The notes below the pieces were generated by a model that saw only the letters and a list, made by a program, of their open reading frames with translations, was not told the DNA's origin and did no database searches. Shown here one piece after another: positions 1 through 15,000 of a stretch of 64,000 bases of DNA. A program made the translations under genes and the position numbers. The stretch is from an uncultured Sulfitobacter sp. (lineage in GTDB: Bacteria > Pseudomonadota > Alphaproteobacteria > Rhodobacterales > Rhodobacteraceae): assembly GCF_964021855.1 (NCBI RefSeq), contig NZ_CAXHZD010000006.1:18213-82212 (forward strand), in the 5' to 3' direction. Every line of letters begins with the position of its first letter. The first letter of the stretch is position 1.

Positions 1-1
1 T

Positions 2-3000
2 ACCGATCAGACAGACGCAAACAGCGTCAGCACCATGGTTGTCTATTCTTCTGTCTTTACCGTCGCCGACATTCCAGAAACGCAAACCAGCGGCCTGTCG
101 CTCAATGTTGGTCCTGTCACGATTGAAGCGCCCTCTGTCGGTCTTGATAAGCTGGCGTTCAAAGATGGCCGCCTGATCTTGACCATTGCTATCGGCGCTG
201 ACCGCGCGGCGCTCGCGTTTGGCAGCACCACACCGGCTGGCGGCACGCCGTCCAATACCGGCGGTACAAGTGTTGTAATCAACGGTTTGCTGGTCAAATT
301 CGACGTCGGCATTGATGTCTTGGCAACCATCACCGGTGGCGAGCCGGACATCGGGTTCACTGGCAAGTGGGAAGTCACAGCAGATAGTCTGCTTGGCACC
401 ATCCCCGAGGTTCTGACCTTTGAGGCATATGCGATCAAAATTGGATATGACCCTGATTATGATGCGTCAAAAGCACCGGCGGAAGTTCTGTCCGATGCCG
501 GACAGAAACTGGTTGAAATTGGCACGGTCAAGGTCACGTTCCCACGCTTTGGCTTGACGGGCCTGATCACTGGCGACGTCACTACGCCGGGTCTGATTGT
601 TTACGAAAACGGGTTTAGCCTGAAGACGGCGCAGCTGATCTATAGCAGTCTGTCCAGCAACCCGCAGTCGGCCACCCGTACGGACGGGCAGACCGGCACG
701 ATCAAATTTGGCAGCTTGCTTGAATTTGTTGATCTGCGCATCGGGGTGACAGACTTTAGGGTGGTCTTTGGTCAGGCTGTGACCTTTGACGGATCGATTT
801 TTGTCGCCTCTGGTGGTGCAAAATTTGCACCCGGCAAACCAGTTTCAGCCGATATTCGCGACCGCACCACTGCGGAACTGACCGATACTGTGGGCGCGCC
901 GGACACAGAGGCGATCCGCCTTGGGTTAACCTTTACCGACGGCCGTGTTGACGGGTTCATCTGGCGGATGGACACCTTCCGTATCACCTTGGGGCCAAAC
1001 CTTGTTCTGACGGGCGTTGACCTGAACCTTGATACCGGTGCCGCGAATGACGAAGAGCTGATCAGCTTTGCCGCAATCGGCGCTGAACTGACCGTGGGGT
1101 CGGTGACGCTGATGGGTGAGGCACGGCAGTTTGCATTCCTTGGCGACGGCAGCTTTGTCACCAAGCGCGGCTTTGGCGTGTTCATCGGTGTTGGGTCGGC
1201 CACCGGCGCGACGTTCAAATGGCCGGCATGGCTGCCGATACGTATCACGGAAATTGGCGTGCAATGGGCTGATATTCAGGCCGCGCCCGAGAAATTCGTG
1301 CTGACGCTGTCCGCGACGATCACTGGTCTGCAGGGCAACCCGGGCCTTAAATTCGAAGGCACCGTAAAAGGCATCCAAATCGATGTAGGGCTGTTGCTGG
1401 ATGGTAAGAACCCGATCATCGGCATCGAAGCATTGGGTGTGTCGGTTTCGGGCAACCTGTTTGGCGGCCAGATCGAAGGTACGCTGATCGGTGGCATTAT
1501 CAATGTCGATGCGTCAGGAAACGAAGTGCCGACGCTGGATACGACAACAGTCGTGGCCGACCGTGTGTTCTTTGTCGGGGTTGAGGCCGGATATGCCTTT
1601 GCGGGTCTGTCGGGCTTCACCATCCGCTTCGCGATGAGCGAACTTGGCCCGTTGGGTGTTCTTGTGACCGCGCAGATTCCCGGTGGTATCCTGCTTGAGC
1701 CGATTTCGGGCCTGACGATCAATAACTTTACCGGCGGCGTTGATTTCTTTACCTCTCTGCCTGATATCACGACGCCGGGTGAATTGACGGGCCCTGCATT
1801 CCAATTGCCTGCGAACGTAAGTGTAGATGGTTGGCTGGATATGGTGCGCGGTCAGGTCCTGACCCAGTATCGTCTGATGCAGGCAAACCCATCGCAAAGC
1901 GGTTTTGCGGCCGCGTTCCAAGCGCCGATGGTGTTTTTTAATGATACGGCGACCACCGAGATCTACACATCCGAGTTGACCTTTAACGGTCAGGTGACGA
2001 TCAAGATTTCCACAGACGGCAAAATACTTGTTATCGGCCAGCTGAATTTTGCTGCTGACAACCTGTCACTGTCCGCGCGGCTTTATGCCAACCTAAGCAA
2101 AATTGCCGCGGGTGAGGCGACGATCCTGTTCTTGGCAAAAATTCCGGATCAAGTTGACATCATCACGATCGAAGGCAGCTTGCGCTTTGGCTTCCAAACG
2201 CTGCTTGGCGACGATGTCGAGATTGAAATTGTTCAAGACCGCGCAGCCAATCCGACGCAGGAACTGGCAGGGCCCGGTGCAGGTACCGAAATTGGCGCTT
2301 CTGCGATTAACGGTGCCGGCTATATCGACGTTACATTCGAAGATTTGGGCACCGCAGTTCTGGATAAAGCATCGGTTCTGGATCTCGCGCCGGAGTTGAT
2401 CATAACCACAGCTGGCGTAGTGCTTGATGATACGCTCGCGCCGGTACATCTGACTGGTACGACCTATCGCTTCTGGGTCATTGGTACGGCGACAAGCCCC
2501 ATCAGCTATCAATATGTAAACCAGGGTTGGTCATACCTGAACGAACAAACGGGCGAGGTGCTGTATAGCACGGTTGTTAATGAGAGTTCATCCGCTGTGG
2601 GGACGGCTACGGTTGTCACCGGCCCTTGGATCGACATCCGCTTTATCCCTGAAATCGGTGCCGAACTGACCGCTGCAAACATGCAAGCGATTGCTGCCGG
2701 TGGCGCGCCGTTCGTTCTGCGTAACCAAGCGGGCGAAGTGGTCGAGTTGAAAACCACCGGGGAGGCTAACGACAAGCGCGTGATCGTTGGCAAGGATGTG
2801 ATCCGGTATTTCCTGGCAGACACCAGCCTGCCGTTGGGCAAGTACACTGTGACCTTTACAGATGGTGCTTGGAATCGTGATGGGTTGGCCAATATCGCGA
2901 CTGCCAGCCAAAGCTTTGAGATCGTGAGCCCAAGCGCATCGATTGTAGGACCGTTTGCCAAAACCGAAACCGGGTACACCGCTGATGTGAACGTCTTGAA

Positions 3001-6000
3001 CAGTGGCGCGAAACAGCTGATCATTTCCTTCCGCGCGCCGTCCGGCAATGCGCTGAATTACGCCTCCATTCTAGACAGTCTAGCTGAATTCACGATGACG
3101 ACCCCAAGCGGTGGTAGTGTTACCGTGGGTGACCCAGCAGCCGTACGGATGGTGATGGGTTCTAATGGTGCGGTAACGTACGAGGTGATCTCGGACGCAG
3201 GTATGACCCAAGCGGAATATTACGAATACCTGACCTCCGAAGGGATCACGCAGTTCCAATATACGCTGACCGGTCTGACTTACGCACCCGGTGTCTATGA
3301 GATCAGCTTTGACGCTAATGCATTCCGCGATGCTGCTGGTAACCAATCTATCGCGACAGCCACACCCATCGAATTGGTTGCAGAAGGTGCCACAGCCACG
3401 CTTGTTAATCCGGGCGAAGGCGCATCGATTGATGTTAACCGTCTTGGCGCGCGCAGCTATATCGACATTCAGTTCCCAACGGTGCCCACCGACTTTACCG
3501 GATATGACCACCGCTCGATTATTGATGCGGCCCCTGAATTCACCCTGTCTGGTGCAGGTTTGAACACAATCGCGCTGGATCCAGCACAGGCACCAACCCG
3601 GATCGGTGAAAATACCTACCGCTACTGGTTGACGGGTGACTTTGCCGATGGCGCAGAGACCACCAGCATCACAGTAACCGCAATCGCCGGTGCTTGGTCC
3701 TACACCAAAGCAGCAGCGGATATCACTGTAACAGGTACGGTAATCGATGGGGTGCTTCAGATTGGTGAAGTTGATGCTGTTACAGGTATCCAGAACCCGC
3801 TTACCTTGACGGGTATTTTTGGGGCGCCTCCTTCCGGATATGTCTTTGACATTGAATCAATACTGGATGCAGGGGCCGAGTTTACAGTGACTGCGCCCAA
3901 CGGGGAGTCCTATACAGCCGAGCTGGTGACGACAACAGATGTGGTGCGGGCAGACGATGGCACGGGTAGCGATAGCGCCGTCCAGTACCAATACGCGATC
4001 TTGCTGACTGGAACAGTGGAGACCACTGAAGCAGTGACGCTGACCTTCGGGGCGGACCTGATCTCCTACAAGTCGACGAGTGTGGAAACGCTGACGCTTG
4101 TGGGTGCAAATGGCGGCACGGGTGCGATCAACAATTATGCAAGCTACATTGATATTCTGATTACCCCGGCGACGGGCGATGCAGCGCCTGATTTTGCCGC
4201 TGGTGATCTGTCGAAACTGACCCTGACTGTCGGCGGTGCCGCCGGGCCGGCTGTCGTTTCGCTGCTTGATATGGGCAATGGCGTGACACGGGTGTTCCTT
4301 GACGGTGCTGTTGCGGTCGGTGATGCGGTTCTGACAATTGCCAAAGACGCGTTCGGTGCCGATGGTGCCAAAAACCGTGCCCTGGCGCTGAATTTCCACA
4401 TCGCCGGGGCGCAGGGCACGATCCAGAACCCCGGGCCGGATGGCACGATTGGGATCGGGACGTTGAATGGTCGTGGCTATGTCGATCTGAGCTTTGCCCG
4501 CCCAGACGGTGGCCTGCGGATTGGATCGATCATTGATCTGGCCCCAGAGTTTGAGTTTATCGGCGGCAATGTGACAATCGCCTTTGACGACACGCAGGCC
4601 CCAGAGTGGCTGAACCCTGATGACCCGACCATCGATCCGGATACGATCACCGAAGATTACCGGTTCCGTTACTGGACCACGGGGACCTATACACCCGGCA
4701 CAACGATCAATCGTATTGCCAGCATTGATGGCGAAGCCACCGTTCTGCGCAATGATGGTACGGCTGCGGATAATGCGGGTACAGCCGGGTTTGTGGCGAC
4801 GACCCTTGATACATCCTGGATCGATATCCGGTTTACCCCAACGTTTGGCGATCAGATTGAATTTGACACCCTAGGCGACGAGATCACCGTGACAGGTGCG
4901 ACCCTTTCTGGCGACGCCATGCGGATCGGCGATGGCCTGACAGTGCGTTACTTCATAAGCGGCAATGTCGCGGCGGGTTCCGTGAATGTTACAATCAACG
5001 CAGGTACCTTCAGCTCGGGTGCAAATGCTGGCGAAGGGTCCGAAACGTCCTTCCAAGTGTTGCAACTGTCGGGCGCGCTGGCTGATCCTGTCGATGGGGG
5101 CGTGATTGGGCAATTGGATCTGAACAACCGCGGCTATATCGACGTGCGGTTTGTCAAACCGTCCTACGCCTTTGAGATCGACGTCGCATCGGTCCTTGAT
5201 CTGGCCCCCGAAGTTATCTTTAGCGCGACGGGCGGCACCATTACTGCTGATCTGACACAGGCCCCGCTATATCTGGGGATGGATGGCGATGATGCGGTCT
5301 TCCGGATTTGGTACATTGGCAGCTTCCAAGGATCGGACGTTGCTGACAACGTTACTGTTGAGTTCATCGGTGGCAGCTTCAACTGGTTGGACACCAGCGG
5401 TAATACCATCGACGCGGTGGCCGCGAACAACAGTGTCGAACTTCAGGTCCAGTCAGCGACGAGCGGGTTCTTCTTGCTGTTGCAGCTGGGCACGAGCGAA
5501 TTGCTGGATACTGGCAGCTTTGTGAACGGGGCCTTTACCCTTACCCGTGCGGACGGCTCAAGCCTGACCGTCACAGGGAATACAGCCCGCGCACCCCCGG
5601 GCCAGATCGAATTGACAATTACTGGCGGCACCTCCGCCAACCCGCTCGTAGCAGGCGAATTCGTAACGCTCAGCTACGGCACAGACGCTTGGAAATACGA
5701 CGACGATATTGCGATTGAGGCTCAGGCCACCCAGACGCTGAGCATTACAAGCGACCTGACAAACGGCTATATCGACGTCACATTCGCCATGTTGGGCGAC
5801 CTGACAACAAACCCTCTGTTTGCGTTGAATATTGCAACCCTGAACGGAGATGAATTTACCCTCAGCGGCGCCGGTTCATCGGTCAATATTCTGGCAATCG
5901 CCCCTGATGATATGGGCAATGGCACGTACCGCTATTACACCACAGGTGCCTTCAACACCGGCACTGTATTTGTTAAGTTCGAAGCCGGAACATGGGCTGA

Positions 6001-9000
6001 CCTTGCTGGAAATACCGGCGCGGAAAGCACCGAAAGCTTTAAGGTTATCGACCGTGTTGCAGACGGTTCAGCCCCGGCTGACGGTGATACATCTTCGCGC
6101 ATCTTCTATATCGAGATCGCAGGCGGCATTCGTTACAATGTTCCTGGCATCTCTGATCCCTTGCTGGAAGAACGCGGGATGGCCCGCCTGACCTTTGGTA
6201 CTTACACCGATCCGGACCGTGGTGATGTCTTCCGCTTTACGTTGAAATTCTCGGGTACTGCCAAGGTTTATAAGCTGGGCAATATCGGGTCTATCGCCGG
6301 ATCCTTCACAATCGAAGATGGTGGCGACACCGGACGTCCTGAGTTTTGGGGTGTAGCGGCTGTTCAGACAAACCTTTCTGCGCTGGCCGCGTTTGGTTTG
6401 CACGTGAACGGCAATGCCTTGCTGCAAATCAACCTGTCGGGCCAAGAGCGGACCGAGACGATCTCGCTTGAGGGGATTTCCGGCGACCTATTGGGTTCTA
6501 AAATTACCGGTGCCAATGTTAACGCGCTGGTTCTGAATAGAACCGCGAGCCTGTTCGCCGAAGAAGCGGTTGATACGACTGTAAGGCAGGCATTTGCGGT
6601 CAGAGACGTTGCGCTGGATGAGAATGCAACCATCGCGCTTACCAAGCGGTTTGATGGTGGTGTCTACCAGTGGCGGATTACCAGTGGTGCCAGCACCTAT
6701 TATGTCGATCAAGATGGCGACAACACCCTAAGCCTGAGTTCCGAAGCGCGGGAATTCACGATGCCTGCCGGATCTTTTGCCTTCGAAGTTCAAGGCTCGA
6801 TCAAGCTTACCATCCCTGGTGGTAACCCAGACACTGATGCCTTGGCTGAATTGAGCGGCGGCTTCTATATTTCGATCACAAGGGATCGAGCAGAAGTCTT
6901 TGCTCTAGCCAATGTCGTCGTGGGTCCATCGGATGCACCGCTGATTGAAGGGCGCGCACAGGGTCTGTTCATTGTGAATTATAGCGGTGCCAACGATGGT
7001 ATTGCGGGCAAACTGTCGCTGGAGCGGACTGGTGGCAGTGAAGAGGATGGAGGGTCTCAAGCCAATAACGATTTTGCGGGAATTGACCCCACCCAATTCC
7101 GTCTTGATGTCACCATTTCGCTGCAGTTCAACACGACGCTTGCCTTGCAGGAATTCACCGTTCCGACATCCTTCTTGGGACTTCTACCGCCGGATGCCGA
7201 ACCTACCGTCAAAATTTCGGCAGGCCTTCCCAACTTTAGCGATCCGGATGATCTATCCGCAGCGCCTTCTGTCTACTTCATCGCTTCGCTCAAGGGCTCG
7301 CTCACTCTCTTTGATGCGATAACATTGAACGGATCGCTGACCCTGACCGTTTCCAGCACGCCTGAATTTATCAACGGTGTTGATGCTGCTGGTGGCGAAC
7401 GGACAACATCGACGGTCCGCCTGACGGGTGTGGTAAATGGCAATATCGCCTATATCGGCTCCGTCTTTGGTACGGTGGATTTGAAGTTTGAAAGCATTGC
7501 AGAAACCGTAAACGGCCAAACGACGTTGACTGCCGGTCTTGTAGGTCGGGCGCAACTTAGCTTGGTGGGTGGCTTGGCCATTCCGGGGGTTGCTTTGGAT
7601 GCGGCAGTGTCGTTTAGCCTTGAAATCAACACCTACGATGAAACGATGCCGCTGGTCACATTCTTGAACGATGAGGAATATGTGCTGGCTGGGACCGTTG
7701 GTAACGCACGCTACTCTGATGCGGCCATTGATGCCAATGGTTTCAAGACCGGTACGATCCAGATCGCAAATGGCCTGTACCTGAAATTCAATGCCGAAAT
7801 GAGCATTCAGAACATCGTCAAGCTGAATGGTAACTTCGAACTAAGCATCAGTAAGGCGACCGGGGTCATTGTGATCGAGGCCGAGCTCGACGTTAACGCA
7901 CGGGTTGTTGGCGTCCTTGATAATCTGTCGTTGCAGGGCAAGCTTGTACTCTCTGAAGGTGGGATGATCATCTACGGTAGTTTCGGGATCAATGCTGGTA
8001 TCAATGGCATTCTTGAATTCAAGGGCCAGGCGACCTTCGGGCTGAACACGTTCTCATCGGCGCGCGTCATTAGCGTTGGTGGTCAGAACGTTACTGTAGG
8101 GTCCGGCGTCAAGCTGGTCATTCAGGGCAGCGTTGAATTCGTGGGCTTCGCCACTGCGGCGGGGAAAACCACCATCGCGATCCTAAGCGACCGGACCGAA
8201 ATCTCGTTTGATGTTGTCTTTGGTCTGGGTGGTCTTAACGTCCGCGCGGCAGGGGCTGCTGGGCTCTATTACACCGGTGTTAACATCACCGGTATTGCCA
8301 TTGCGCTGAACGTGTCGATCGACGCAAACATTGCGCGGATCATCGATATCAGCGCCAGTGGCCGCCTGACGTTGAACACCACCGGTTCTGTGCAACGGAT
8401 TGGCAGCTTCACGCTTGCGGCCAACAGCTTTAGCCTCGCGCTGACAGGGGACGTGCAGTTCCTCAAGACGATCAAGTTCAACGCGTCGTTTAACGTCACC
8501 ATTCTCAACAACGCATGGAACGTGAACTTCAACGCCAACATCAACTTCTTTGGCATCGCGACGCTGGCGGCGAATGGCTGGTTCAAAAGCGATGGTACGT
8601 TCGATGTCAGCTTGCGCGGGGGCGTCTTGCTCGGCAGCCGTGGTTTCGGGATGGAGGGCAGCTTCTATTTCAACGTGTTCTACAAGCCCGTTGGCGGGGT
8701 CGACACAATCGGTTTCTCGGGCAGTGCGTCTGTTAGCCTTTATGGTCTGGGGATCAATTGGGGTGGGGCAAGCCTTAGCTTTGGGGCAAACATTCCAATC
8801 GGCAACGGCGGGAGCGTACCAATCAGGGTCAGCGCAAGTGCTAGCGTCAAAATTGTCTTTGTCCGCATCCGGTTGAACCTGAATTTCACCATTGGATATC
8901 TGCAACTGCCCGAACCGATCAAGCTGGCTGAAGTAGACAACGGCAACCTGATCCTGAACATGGGTGACGGCAATGGCGACCGTGGTATCGGTGAAGGTGC

Positions 9001-12000
9001 TGAGGACGAGACCTATGTCATCGAGCAAATCGCACCGGGTACGATCAGGGTTACCTACTCGGGCCGCGAACAAGTCTTTACTGGCGTAAATAGGATCACT
9101 GGCTACGGCGGCGCTGGCAATGACGTGATCCTTGTACGTGAAGGCGTGACTGCTGATCTGCTGTTTAACGGCGGCAACGGCATTGACCTTGTCGACTATC
9201 AGGGCAGTGGCAAAGCCACGATCAATCAGGGCGAAGCCGTCACAGACTTTGGTGACCAGATCACCATCGGGCGATTTGCCCAAGCGGAATCTGTAGTACA
9301 CGGTGCCAATGTTACACGCGTCCTTGCCGCGGGCGAGACCCCCAGCCTGTTGGGCGATCGGATCGTTTCACACAGCAATCAGTCAATTTCGATCTTTGGG
9401 CTTGGCGGCGATGACTTTATCCAGCAATTGGGTGCCGGAAGCGCGACTATTGAAGGCGGCAATGGCGCTGACATCATCTTTGGCGGCGCAGGTGCCGATG
9501 CCATCAATGGCGGCAATGGTGCAGACCAAATCGACAGTGGTGCTGGAGATGACAGCGTTGACGGCGGCGCTGGCGCGGACCTGATCTTCCGTACCTTGGG
9601 TGCTGCTGGCATTCTGACGGTCAACGGGTCTGGCAGCGAGGATACGCTTTACGTCACCGGCTCTTCCAGAGCGGACACAGCGCGTTTGTCGCGTGGGTCT
9701 GTTGTGATCCGCAATGTGGATAATACACGCGGTGCAACGATCACTGGCGGCGTCGGCACCGTTCAGATCCAGTTGCTGGGCGGGCAGGACACAATCATCG
9801 TCAACGACATCTCGGGCCAAGGGGTCAGCCGCCTGATTATCGAGGATGACCTTGCGGTCGAAGGGCCTGGCTATACCGGGTCTGCAGCATCGCGCGAGGG
9901 CACCACGGACAACAACGCCGATATCGTGATTATCAACGGTACCGCTGCGGCAGATACGTTTGCATTGGTGCAAGACGACGTTGATGGCACTGACATCAAG
10001 GTGAACGCGACTTGGAATGGTGCCACTGCGGTTGCCATCGTCCTGAATGATTTCCGCCGCGACGCAGGTGACAAGCTGTTTATCAACGCAGGCGGTGCTG
10101 GTGACGTGATCGATGCCCACGCCCTGACCCAAAACACCGTGGCGCTTGAGCTAAACGGTGACGCAGGTAACGATACAATTATCGGTTCGCAGTATAATGA
10201 CGTCATCGATGGTGGGGCCGATAATGATACGATCACCGGTGGTGAAGGCTTCGACATCTTCAGAGATGGCGGCAACACCTCGGTGGGTGACACGCTGATC
10301 GAAACATTCACTGCGTATGACTTTGGCCTGTTCGAAGACCGCTTTGTTGTGGGAACCTTGTCCGGCACGTCTGGCGATGTCTGGACTGCGGCAACTGTCG
10401 AAAATATTAATGGTATCTTCGAAAACGTCATTTTGACCGGTGGTAACGGTGTTGCCAATCGCATGGTGGTTAATGACCTGAACCGTCAAATCCGTGTCGC
10501 TGGCAGCGTCGTATCCGTGGCCGCGTTTGATGGCACCGTGACGCTTGACGCCAAGTCAGAAGGCACGCCAGAAACCTACCATATCAACGCGCCCAAAGGC
10601 TCTGATTTTGTCGTTAATATCAACGACACCGGCATCGGCTTTGCGACTGTGCGCTTTGACGGGTCGGATGATGCTGATCTGATTATTGTAAATGACGACA
10701 CGCTTGCGGTGACAGGTGCGGCGACGGTGACGATCACGCACATCAACACGAACCAGGTTAATCTGAACACCGCAGGTGGCGGCGATGAAATCACGGTCCA
10801 AAGCACCGACATCCCGCTCTATATCCGGTCCGGTCTGGGCGATGACACGATCCGCATCGGTAACGCAGGTTCGCTGACCGAGATTGATGCGCTGGTTGAT
10901 CTCGATGCCTATGATGTCTTTGGCGGCGGTACATCCCCAATCGACCGTGGCAGCGACACGTTGCTGATCGACGGCAGCAATGATGCACATACATCTGCAG
11001 GCACACTCGGACTGCGCAATCTGGCCGCTCTTGAGGGATGGATTGACGTCACCGGCTTCAACCTGTCGGCGGCTGGCATCAGCTATATCGCGGTCGAGAA
11101 TATTGAAATTGATCTGGGTGCAGGGGCGAATATCGCCACGATCACCTCAACAGGTTTGGCCGACAAAACCACACTGCGCACAGGCGGCGGTGTCGATACC
11201 GTAAACCTTTATGCGATGAACGGCCCAACCTTCATTGAGACAGGGACCGGTGTAGATAGCGTTGTGGTCGGCAAGCCCGTGATGACGACGCCAGTTACAA
11301 CATTCACCGTAAATGACATCCTGTTTGGTCAACTGACCATCAATGGCGGTTCCGAGGCTTTGGCCGCAAACGAAGGTAACGACACCCTGCGGGTCAGCGA
11401 CAACGGTGACAGTGCCGTTGATCGTGGCAACCGTCTGACCGCTGACGAGATTATCGGCCTGGGGATGACAGTCGGGATCAAATACGCCGGGTTCGAAACC
11501 CTCGTGCTGGAAACCAGCAACGGTAACAACGAGCTACATGTTGACGGTACCCACGCCGGATTGACCAAGATTGATATGGGCGACGAGACTGTCTCTCCCA
11601 CCGACGATTCCAGCAATGATGTGCTGAATATCGAACGGCTGGGCGGCCCGACCGAGATCAAGCTGGGCCAAGGCAATGACATCGTGCGCGTTAACTATGA
11701 CGAATACGGTCAACAGACATTCGTTAACGGCCTGCAAAGCGGCAGCCTGAGCGTAACCTATGTGCTGGAGCTTGATGGTGAGCAGGGGTCGGACTTCTAT
11801 CAGATCGGGCTGGCGGGCGAAGGTACTGCACTGATCCGTCTGCTGGATAGCGGGTTGCCAGATCAAGGTGCAGATAGCGCTGAAATCAACGGGACCAACC
11901 GTGCCGACCTGTTCCTGTTCCGTGCCAACCTGAACCCGGCGGTTGCCACTGGTGTGGTTGCGGCCCTGCAGCTTGATGCCAATGGCGATCAGATTGCCGG

Positions 12001-15000
12001 CATTCTAGAGCGCGTTGAATATAATGGTGCCCTTGAAGGGGATATTCAGGTCAATGGCCGCGACGGCGACGACATCTTTGTTCTTGATGACACATTGGCG
12101 ACCTTCAACATCTTTGGTGACGCGGGCAATGATACCTTCCAGGTCGGTCAGCTGTTCGCCTCTGCCCGTGACGCGTCTAACCCGTATAACGGTCTGGACG
12201 GCATTGATTACTATGCGACCACGCAAGTTACGCTTGGCTTCCTGTCCAACGGGATCAGCAAGAACGCAACGCTGAACGGCGGCACTGGCCAAGACAACTT
12301 TACCGTCTATTCCAACAAGGCCGAACTGTTCCTGTTCGGGGACGAAGACGATGACAGCTTCCTTGTCCGGTCCTTTGTTCGCGTCGATCCAAATGATCCG
12401 GCCGCGCCATATACAAATATCAACGGCGGGCAGGGCGCTGACTTTGTTTCCTATAACATCAACGCCCCTGTGCGGATTGATGGCGGTGATGGCTTTGATA
12501 CGCTGACCATCGTCGGCAGCGAGTTCGGCGATGATTATGTGATCACTGAAAACGGTGTGTTTGGCGGCGGTCTGTTTGTCAGCTTTGTCGGTCTTGAGAA
12601 GCTGGTAGTCGACGCCTTGCAGGGCAACGATACCTTCTACATCGAAAGCACAAATGAAAACGTACAGGTCGAGATCATCGGCGGCATTGGCAGCGACAAC
12701 ATCAACATCGCTGGCGCTGATCTGAATGCCATTACCGAAGGCGGTGCGATCACCGTCGTTTCAAACAGCCTGAACGGTCACAACGGTCTGATCCAAACCA
12801 TCGTCAGCAGTAACGATGCCCGCTATAACGCAATCTTTGCAAAAGATGTCGTGGCGAACATCGCCGACAACGACGAAGCCGGGATTATCGTCTTTAACGA
12901 CTACGATGCGCTGCGTGTGTTCGAAGATGCGCTTACGTCGCCGTTGCTGATCCACAACTCCTATGGGATCGCCTTGTCCCGCGCGCCAGAAGACATCGTG
13001 ACCATTACCATCACGCCAACCCGTGGCACTGAAAGCAGCCAAGCTGCGGGTGGCAAAGGTGTCATGGTCAACGGGTCCGAGATTTACACCACACTGACAT
13101 TTGACGCGTCCAACTGGGATCAAGTCCAATACGTGACAGTGACGGGCGTGAACGACGCGCTTGCCGAAGGTCGTCAGGTTATCAACCTGCGCCACACCAC
13201 CGTTCAAGGGACGATCAGCACAGACGAGCAGGCCTATGACGGGGTCGTCGTAGCCGACGTACTGGTCGAGGTCATCGATAATGACAGCGCCAAGGTATTG
13301 GTATTCTCGCGGCTTGAAGCCGGTTCGACTGTTGATACCATCGATGCGGATGTTGTCGGTGAGGATGTTCTTTTGACCGCAAACGGTGACAGCATTTATG
13401 TCGCCCTGTCGCGCGCACCAACGGGCCCTGTCACGGTGACGTTCAATGTGAATGATGGTGCGACGGTATCCTTTAGTGGCCCATCCGGTACGCAATCGGG
13501 CAGCTCGGTTACGATCGGCTTTGACAGCAGCAACTGGAACACGCCGCGCCTGCTGCAATTGGCGGCCAACGACGATAATGCGCCCGAGGGTGTACATTAT
13601 ACCCGCGTCACGCCTGTCATCACGTCGGGCCAGGATGCATTCCTTGGCTTGGGGCAGGGTGACATTGCACGCGGCCTTGCGGCGAATATCAACGCCGATA
13701 TTTCGCAGACCCGCAATGCCGTTGCCTTGTATCGTTCGGCTGATATCCAGATCTTCCGTGGCACGCAAAACGCCACGATCTCGGAAGTATGGACCGTCAC
13801 GATCAATGGCGAAGAATACAGCGCTACGTTTGGCGCAGGGGCGACCAGCCTTACTGTGGCGCAAGGCCTGCGCGATGCCATCAGATTTGATGCCCGCAAG
13901 CCAGAAGGCCTGACGGCCGTGGTGATTAGCGGCGTTTTGAGAGTGGAAGATACGGCTGGTTTCAGCATTGATGCCAAAGTTCAGACCCCGTTCTATAATA
14001 ACGGGTTCGAGATCGAAGCGACCGCGAACACCACAATGCGCGTGTTTATCGACGGTCAGGCATTCGAGCTGGAAACCCTTGCACCTGCGGGCGCGACTAT
14101 GCCTGTGGTTGGACAGCGCGCCCTTGAAGTTGCGGTTGTGACGCTGACCTCTTCCGTCAGCGACGGCACGCGGAACGCCGCGGGCGGTATTGTGATCGGG
14201 GCGACATGGAATATCGTCTTGGATGATCTGACCGTTTCGGCGACCGCTGTTACCGGCGACACGTTGCAAAGCATTGTCCGTCGTCTGATCGGTAAACTGG
14301 CTGGTAGCGATTATGCGGCATCCGAGCTGTACCGGTCGGCGACCATCGTGCCATCTATCGTGGGTGGGATCACAGCGGATGCCACTTGGAACATCCTGCT
14401 GGACGGTCAATTGGTCACCTATACTTCGGTCGCTGCTGATGTGCCGAATGGTATCTACGGTATCGGTGAAAAGATCGCCGAACAGATCACTGCATTGAAT
14501 CAGAACTATGTCGTTTCGGTTCGGACCGGTGGCGCGATTACTGTTTCGCGTCCACTAGGCAACCCGTTCTCTATCGTGTCAGTTAGCTCAAACGGGGTGA
14601 CTGATCTGGTTGCAGCAGGCGCGAACAGCATTGCACCGCCGCAGGTTGTTGAAAATGCCATCGTGATCTTCAAACGCCCCGAGGCTGCCGGTGTGCCACC
14701 GTTCGGCCTGCAGGTTGTGCGTTTGTCAAACCCCGCTGCACCCACCAGCCAGAACGGTGCCAGCAGCAGCCCATTGCGCGTCTTGAGCAGCACCTATTGG
14801 GATTATACATCAGTTTCGATTGCGCCGATCACGGGTGTTATTGCGCAGGGCACGACATGGGGCCTGCGTCTAAGCGCGGCTGACATTGCCCAAGGTGCGG
14901 ATGCCGCAATTCTTGAGAACTATGACTACGTGGCCGGTCAGAACAACGAACAGCTTGCGCCGTCTGCCTTTGATCTCAAGCTGTTGGATGATGACGCCCC

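Noticed and set aside
12761-14410. A 549-aa minus-strand ORF, with similar long antisense ORFs at 8183-9301, 9383-10132, 16865-17704, 17954-18670, 19109-19945 and 20831-21802, all inside the giant gene.
   Set aside because: Each lies entirely within the coherent, domain-bearing plus-strand ORF. Their translations are Arg/His/Cys/Asp-rich and low in complexity, with no recognisable motifs. This is the typical shadow-ORF pattern on the antisense strand of GC-rich repetitive coding sequence.
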